A stretch of 64,000 nucleotides of DNA from an archaeon (lineage in GTDB: Archaea > Asgardarchaeota > Thorarchaeia > Thorarchaeales > Thorarchaeaceae): contig JAJRZD010000035.1 of the NCBI GenBank assembly GCA_024275415.1, positions 559 through 64,558 on the forward strand, read 5' to 3'. The notes under the pieces were generated by a model. It made no database searches and was not told the DNA's origin. It was given only the letters and a program-made list of their open reading frames with translations. The translations under genes were made by a program, and so were the position numbers. Within the stretch, counting starts at the first letter, position 1. Each line of letters begins with the position of its first letter. Positions 59,000-64,000 of this stretch are shown piece after piece.

Positions 59000-60355
59000 A
59001 TGGCGAATATGATGAATCCCGATAAAAGTGGTAATAATGGACCTTGCGATGCAGTACGAAATACTGCTGTTTCTGTTTTGTCCATTTACGATCAGAAGCG
59101 GAGGTCAATCCCATCAATTCTCAGAGATTACAGAGAGGAGTCCGGACTTTCTCAGACAAATTACGCACAGGTCTATTTTCTTACAGCTTCCATTGTAAAA
59201 CACCTGAACACAATTGATTATGTGTTACATCGTTCTTTCAAGGAAATCAATCCACGAAACCTATCACCACGAATACGTAATCTGCTTAGGATTCTCACCT
59301 ATCAAGCCCATTGGATAAAGGTATCATCTAAGAACCTCATCAAGACCATTCCGGACGAGTTGAGTGGTTTTCTTCCATCGATACGAAAGATGTTCTCTCT
59401 CAACTTGGAGCGGATTTACGAGAAACTGCCAAAGATGACCCGATTGAGTCTTCAATATTCACATCCGACTTTCATAGTAGAAACACTGCTCTCCAATATG
59501 AGCGAGGCTGAAGCCATCTCACTGATGCGAGCAAACAATGGTGCTAGCACTTCTTATTTCCGTGTGAACAATCTCGTTTCTACACCTCCGAATGTGTTAG
59601 AGGAGTTAGGTATTCTTGGTGTCGAGATGAAAGAAGATGCTGACGTACACGGCCTCTATCGGATAGAATCAGGGCTTCACACTCTAGTCCAATCCGCGGC
59701 ATTCAAGGAGGGGGCTGTACTGATTCAGGACAAGGCAAGTGTCCTTGCTGTCAAAGCTCTCTCTCCTCAACCTTCTGAGTTCGTTTGGGATGCATGTGCA
59801 GCTCCGGGTATGAAGACACATCTCATTTGGGAATCCATGAAAGGTACCGGAAGACTTGTGGCCACCGACCTGAGTCCCAAGCGTATCTCACTGGCACGCG
59901 AAAGAGCTGGCTCCATTGGACTGGATGAAGTGGAATGGATTCACGAGGACGCCTGCTTGTGCCCGATACAGGACGCGGACAAAATTCTCATCGACGCACC
60001 ATGCACATCCACAGGAATTCTGAGAAGTCATCCTTCTTACAAATGGAAACTGAACAAGAAGACATTGTTCTCAATAATGGCGATACAGAACAAACTATTG
60101 GAGGGCATCATCTCTGGCTATCGTGAGAATCCGGGCACTGAGATTGTGTATTCTGTATGCTCGATTCTTCCTCACGAAGGGGAGAGTCAGATAGATACTA
60201 TTCTAGACACATACAATGTCGAATTGATAGACTTTCCTGGGCCTGGGACTACTGGATATCCTGGCTTCACATGTTCTGCCGGAGTTCGAAGGCTCTTTCC
60301 ATCAACCCATGACACTGATGGGTTCTTCATCGCAAAACTCCGAATTACGCGGTGA
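59000..60355 (+). CDS. NOL1/NOP2/Sun-family RNA cytosine-C5 methyltransferase (RsmB-like)
   Basis: 'ILIDAPCTSTGILRSHP' (DAPCSxTG variant), 'VYSVCSI' with the catalytic Cys, a terminal 'GFFIAKL', and an N-terminal NusB-like region. Confidence 0.85.
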   Translation: MANMMNPDKSGNNGPCDAVRNTAVSVLSIYDQKRRSIPSILRDYREESGLSQTNYAQVYFLTASIVKHLNTIDYVLHRSFKEINPRNLSPRIRNLLRILTYQAHWIKVSSKNLIKTIPDELSGFLPSIRKMFSLNLERIYEKLPKMTRLSLQYSHPTFIVETLLSNMSEAEAISLMRANNGASTSYFRVNNLVSTPPNVLEELGILGVEMKEDADVHGLYRIESGLHTLVQSAAFKEGAVLIQDKASVLAVKALSPQPSEFVWDACAAPGMKTHLIWESMKGTGRLVATDLSPKRISLARERAGSIGLDEVEWIHEDACLCPIQDADKILIDAPCTSTGILRSHPSYKWKLNKKTLFSIMAIQNKLLEGIISGYRENPGTEIVYSVCSILPHEGESQIDTILDTYNVELIDFPGPGTTGYPGFTCSAGVRRLFPSTHDTDGFFIAKLRITR

Positions 60356-61343
60356 TCCTTCTCTCAACGGAATCCATGACACGTCGTGCAAACTCCTCAT
60401 CGTCCTTGTAACTCCATGGGATACTTAGGAACAGTTTCTGCGCAGTCACTATCAAATCCTTATCCCTTTTAACAAGCGCCTTGAAGACAAGCCTGGTCCA
60501 TTTGAAACAAGGATGTCCTTGAAAATCATCTTTGACATCAGGGTTCTCTGCAGTCCGTGCTAGGTATTCCATCCCGTCCTTGGGCTTTCCAAGCATCAAA
60601 TCTGATAACGACGCCATACATGCGAAAATGACACCTTGCTTCGTCATCCCTGATGAGAGGAATTTCTCTGCCCCCTCTCGATACTCTCTCCCTTTCTTCT
60701 CGTAAAGCATCTTTCCATGCGAAAAGCTAAGATCCTTAGTATCACTCTCTACCTGTGCTTTCTTTAGGCTGATCCCTCCTAGAATTGATGCCTTTAGCTC
60801 TGCCTGCACCGCTGACAGGGGTGACACTTCTATAGGTTTCTCTGCTGCTTCTACTATCCTCTCACCTAACGCGACTAGATGTTTCTTGATATCTGGGTTT
60901 CGAAGTGAAGGTTCCTCGTCAGAAATACCCGTTTCATAAATGGTTCTTCCATAGGTGAAAAATGAATATGCTCTGTCTACAAGATTATGCTTCAATGCGA
61001 ACTCCACTCCCATCGAAATGCTGTTCAATGCATTATCGAGTTCGCTCAGATTCTCGAACTGGCTTGCTGCGTCCATTAGCCATGGGAACGCATCAGTACT
61101 CCCTTCTGCCATACTCTCTCTACCCCGCGCTAGAGATGTATATGCGTCCACGCAGATGACCGCAAGATCTGGTTGAAGACATTTTTGCGTCACTTCTGGG
61201 ATAGGTGGGTTTTGCCCCCGGAGTCTGCAATGGTAGCCAGTCCCAGTCTGGTCAAGCCAGTCACATTTCGTTTCTTCCATGCTTTCCAACTCGCACAAAC
61301 TTGGTAATATCTGTTGGTCTGATAGTGTGTTGTTTTCGAGCAT
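60345..61343 (-). CDS. Hypothetical protein
   Basis: A 332-aa ORF, mostly helical by composition; no motif recognised. Confidence 0.4.
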   Translation of the reverse strand: MLENNTLSDQQILPSLCELESMEETKCDWLDQTGTGYHCRLRGQNPPIPEVTQKCLQPDLAVICVDAYTSLARGRESMAEGSTDAFPWLMDAASQFENLSELDNALNSISMGVEFALKHNLVDRAYSFFTYGRTIYETGISDEEPSLRNPDIKKHLVALGERIVEAAEKPIEVSPLSAVQAELKASILGGISLKKAQVESDTKDLSFSHGKMLYEKKGREYREGAEKFLSSGMTKQGVIFACMASLSDLMLGKPKDGMEYLARTAENPDVKDDFQGHPCFKWTRLVFKALVKRDKDLIVTAQKLFLSIPWSYKDDEEFARRVMDSVERRITA

Positions 61344-61416
61344 TAAAAAGGACTTCTTGTCCCATCGTGAGTTTTAAGTAGATAGTATATTGGTCAAATG
61401 ATGGAGGGATTGCCAA

Positions 61417-61809
61417 TTGAACGACGACGATTCCGAACTCGAAATGATCAGAAGAAAGAAAATGGCCCAGCTGATCGCACGAGAGAAACAAAACCAGGAA
61501 GCAAAGACTCATCAAGAGAAAGTAAAATCTGAACGCGAAAAGATACTTCAGCGTTTTCTTGATTCCTCTGCACTCCAATATTTGACGAATCTTCGTAACC
61601 GTGAGCCTCGTGTCGCATCGCGGATAGAGGATATAGTGCTCTATCTGGTCACCTATCGTGGAATCCGGCAAGTATTCTCTCAGATTGATATCAGATATAT
61701 CGAACGGCAGGTGAAAGGTGAGGAGCCAAAGATTCGCATCCAGCGCGATGGTGACACTTCTGATTTTGGGGCATATATCCGCGAGGCACTGAAGAAGAAT
61801 GATGATTGA
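61417..61809 (+). CDS. PDCD5/TFAR19-like double-stranded-DNA-binding protein
   Basis: 'ELEMIRRKKMAQL...ILQRFLDSSALQYLTNLRNREPRVASRIEDIVLYLV' matches the archaeal/eukaryotic PDCD5 (dsDNA_bind) domain layout. Acidic tail. Confidence 0.7.
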   Translation: MNDDDSELEMIRRKKMAQLIAREKQNQEAKTHQEKVKSEREKILQRFLDSSALQYLTNLRNREPRVASRIEDIVLYLVTYRGIRQVFSQIDIRYIERQVKGEEPKIRIQRDGDTSDFGAYIREALKKNDD

Positions 61810-61815
61810 ACTTCA

Positions 61816-62712
61816 TCATGACAGACTTATCGCACGTGAACGCCAATCCCTGATAGTGTATCGTAGGGACTCGATGTCACCTTCCTGTCGTTTCCAATCG
61901 CTTGCCGCTCGCCGCATCTGAAATATCAACGCGCCACCCCTTGCGAGTTTCTGTTCGAGAATATCTACGGCCTTCTCAAGTGCCTCTACGATAGTTTCCT
62001 TCCCCTCAGATTTTTCCACTACTTCCTCAAGTGAATCGAATATCTCTGGTGGTTGCATGTTTTTCCATTTGTCCTCAGGAATTGCTACTTCCCTGTATTT
62101 TTTCGCAGGGATGACTGTATTTGAGTCCTTCATCTCTAACTCACTCAGTGCTTGTAGGCTGTCAACTGCATCAATCACTTGAGATCGGTCAATGAGCAGG
62201 ATAGATGCGATTTCGTCGATTTTCAATTGCCGTCGTTCGAGAATCAGATTGAATATCCTATGCTGGATATCTCCGACCCGCTTTATCACTTCTGCAAGCG
62301 TATCGGTAGCCCCTTCCTTGCCAAGAAGAACTTCTGTGGCAGCTTCTGACAGTTGTTTGATGTCGTCTTTCAGTCGTACGATGGTAAGGTCTGCTTTTTT
62401 GAGTTCCTCTTTTAACGAGTCATCGACTTTTGGTTTTTGCTTTGCAAAGTCCTCTGTCTTCTTTGACCTTAACCCTTGCACTTCTCTCCCAACTGCGTCT
62501 AGTGCTCCCTTTGTCCTTGATAGTTCTGCCCGAAGCGCCTCAATCTCAGAGTCTTTCTCAGCCATCTGTTTCTCCATGCTCTGTATCTGTTCGTGTAGCT
62601 GTGAAGCTCGCCTTTGTGCTCCACTCAGCTGTGCTTGCAATGATTCCAACCTCTGGTTCAGCTGGGTAATCTGCATGGTCTTTTCCCGGAGACGTTCGTT
62701 CGGATCGGACAT
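61816..62712 (-). CDS. Coiled-coil protein with a C-terminal wHTH-like region
   Basis: ~140 aa of Q/L/E-rich coiled coil, then 'IDEIASILLIDRSQVIDAVDSLQ'. Confidence 0.45.
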   Translation of the reverse strand: MSDPNERLREKTMQITQLNQRLESLQAQLSGAQRRASQLHEQIQSMEKQMAEKDSEIEALRAELSRTKGALDAVGREVQGLRSKKTEDFAKQKPKVDDSLKEELKKADLTIVRLKDDIKQLSEAATEVLLGKEGATDTLAEVIKRVGDIQHRIFNLILERRQLKIDEIASILLIDRSQVIDAVDSLQALSELEMKDSNTVIPAKKYREVAIPEDKWKNMQPPEIFDSLEEVVEKSEGKETIVEALEKAVDILEQKLARGGALIFQMRRAASDWKRQEGDIESLRYTIRDWRSRAISLS

Positions 62713-62776
62713 TTCACATCATCTCTAAGACATATCGATAGAATTAAAGTAAATCCCTTGGGTACTCGACCAAGCG

Positions 62777-63541
62777 ATGACAAAACTGAGGTTCTTTGAC
62801 GCACATAGCCACATCGATATGAAGCGGTTCCGAAATGACCGCGATGCAGTCATACAGCGAGCAAAAGACCATGGTCTTTCAGGTATTGTCACGAGCTCAA
62901 TTGGTCCAGGTTCATTCCGGAGGACATTGGGCATCATTCAGAAGCACAAAGGATATGTTCATCATTCTGCAGGGTGTTCAGTTTCACAGTTGACACGCGA
63001 GGATGCTGACAAAATCATCTCCCTCATTCGGAAGTATTCGTCCTCTATCGTGGCAATCGGCGAGGTGGGACTGGATTATCACTGGGTGAAAGACACAATT
63101 GGAAGGAAAGCTCAAGAGCCATTATTCTTAGATTTCATCTTTCTTGCGAATGAATTGGCCCTCCCTCTGGTCATCCACTCTAGAAAGGCTGAATCCATGG
63201 CTACTGACATTCTCGAAAAACATTTCTCAGGAGAGGTACTCATGCATTGTTTTGATGGGGTTCCAGATGTGGCAAAGCGCGTACGTGATAACGGATGGTA
63301 CATAACACTGCCAGCTAATTTCCAGAGGTCTAATAATCGTATTGAGTCTGCGAAGATTCTCCCGCTTGAGCAAATCATGCTTGAAACAGATTCCCCATAT
63401 CTATCCCCTACTGGAAAAGGACGTAATGAACCTTCAAATGTTACGATTGGTTGTGAACGACTTGCAGATGTCTTAGATTTACCCTTGGAGCATGTGGCTG
63501 AAACGACCACATCCAATGCCCATCGGTTCTATGACATTTAA
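62777..63541 (+). CDS. tatD: TatD-family metal-dependent hydrolase
   Basis: N-terminal 'FDAHSHID', then 'GEVGLDYHW', 'LPLVIHSR' and 'MLETDSPYL' TatD blocks. Confidence 0.85.
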   Translation: MTKLRFFDAHSHIDMKRFRNDRDAVIQRAKDHGLSGIVTSSIGPGSFRRTLGIIQKHKGYVHHSAGCSVSQLTREDADKIISLIRKYSSSIVAIGEVGLDYHWVKDTIGRKAQEPLFLDFIFLANELALPLVIHSRKAESMATDILEKHFSGEVLMHCFDGVPDVAKRVRDNGWYITLPANFQRSNNRIESAKILPLEQIMLETDSPYLSPTGKGRNEPSNVTIGCERLADVLDLPLEHVAETTTSNAHRFYDI

Positions 63542-63600
63542 CTCCATGACCGATATTAGCAAAAGGATTTGGGAGCTATGAAATTGTGGGTTGGACTGTC

Positions 63601-64000
63601 ATGAGAGAACTCAGACTTATGGATGTGGACAAATCAAGTCTAAAAGATCCCGTTGCAATAATGGGGTTGCCTGGAATCGCAAACGTCGGGCGGATTGCGG
63701 TAGGCGCATTAATCGAATCACTCAACGCACCACCGCTTTTGGAATTCTACTGCGAGGACTTTCCTCCTCGTATCCTAGTCCGGGGTGGTATTGCTGAGTT
63801 CCCAAAGTCATCTATCCACCTTTACAGGTCTGCTCCGGATGAACCCCATGACCTCCTGTTGCTGACAGCCGACTACCAACCCACCTCCAACAAGGGCGTT
63901 TATGATTATGCGGATTATGTGGCGAGCTTTTTTGACAAGATGAACGTGGAACAGATATTTGCCTTGGCAGCCTATGAACAGAACTATGCTGAATTCTTCA
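63601..64000 (+). CDS. PAC2-family proteasome assembly chaperone-like protein (3' end lies outside the window)
   Basis: Translating by hand from ATG 63601 gives 'MRELRLMDVDKSSLKDPVAIMGLPGIANVGRIAVGALIESL...' with no stop to the window end. This matches the PAC2 'GFPGVGLVGKIA' N-terminal pattern. The ORF track lists a different frame here. Confidence 0.6.
   Translation, partial: MRELRLMDVDKSSLKDPVAIMGLPGIANVGRIAVGALIESLNAPPLLEFYCEDFPPRILVRGGIAEFPKSSIHLYRSAPDEPHDLLLLTADYQPTSNKGVYDYADYVASFFDKMNVEQIFALAAYEQNYAEFF

Noticed and set aside
63591-63797. The listed 68-aa ORF 'MDCHERTQTYGCGQ...' after tatD.
   Set aside because: The overlapping frame starting at ATG 63601 stays open to the window end and encodes a clear PAC2-family N-terminus. 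The listed ORF is an out-of-frame artefact.
1-64000. CRISPR arrays or other tandem short direct repeats.
   Set aside because: No regularly spaced 25-40-nt direct repeats are visible in any intergenic region. The only repetition found is protein-level (coiled-coil repeats; the paralogue pair 32832..34920).

Overview
Most of this 64-kb window is coding, on both strands. It looks archaeal: a canonical archaeal proteasome alpha subunit, a PAC2-type proteasome assembly chaperone, an archaeal-type DtdA, a thiolase with its DUF35 partner, frequent TTG/GTG starts, and GC around 47%. Content could fit an Asgard/Thor-like or other uncultured archaeon, but I cannot assign lineage from sequence alone.

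Recognisable blocks, left to right:
- 1-7206: lipoate cluster (two radical-SAM genes plus an LplA fusion), a geranylgeranyl-reductase-like flavoprotein, a reductive-dehalogenase-like cobalamin/Fe-S protein and a PAS sensor histidine kinase.
- 7636-9400: a radical-SAM activase and an AT-rich islet carrying a nuclease-like ORF.
- 9686-14146: psmA, a Grx-like + RimK pair, msrB and a YjeF_N epimerase.
- 14200-19300: a patchy, lower-GC stretch of hypotheticals, including two restriction-endonuclease-like proteins.
- 19572-27772: a cluster of long coiled-coil proteins, including a 1300-aa protein with a TrmB-type wHTH N-terminus.
- 27774-32818: GNAT, a small-GTPase-like protein, an acidic disordered protein, DUF362, an aminotransferase and a YkgJ-type protein.
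- 32832-35182 (minus strand): an RHH regulator plus two tandem paralogous Cys-rich proteins of unknown family.
- 36395-43322: nitroreductase, SCP2, 3-hydroxyacyl-CoA dehydrogenase, two crotonases, thiolase/DUF35.
- 43346-46180: GH38 alpha-mannosidase.
- 47252-55591: a glycerol operon (FGGY kinase, glpABC) followed by a GlcD/GlcF-like pair.
- 55613-64000: radical SAM + GNAT, ALDH, an RsmB-like m5C methyltransferase, PDCD5-like, TatD and PAC2.

Two conserved genes each carry a single in-frame stop that splits an otherwise continuous frame: TAG at 1090-1092 in a radical-SAM gene, and TAA at 38324-38326 in hbd. I detected no rRNA, tRNA or CRISPR array. All calls come from reading the translations; I could run no searches.
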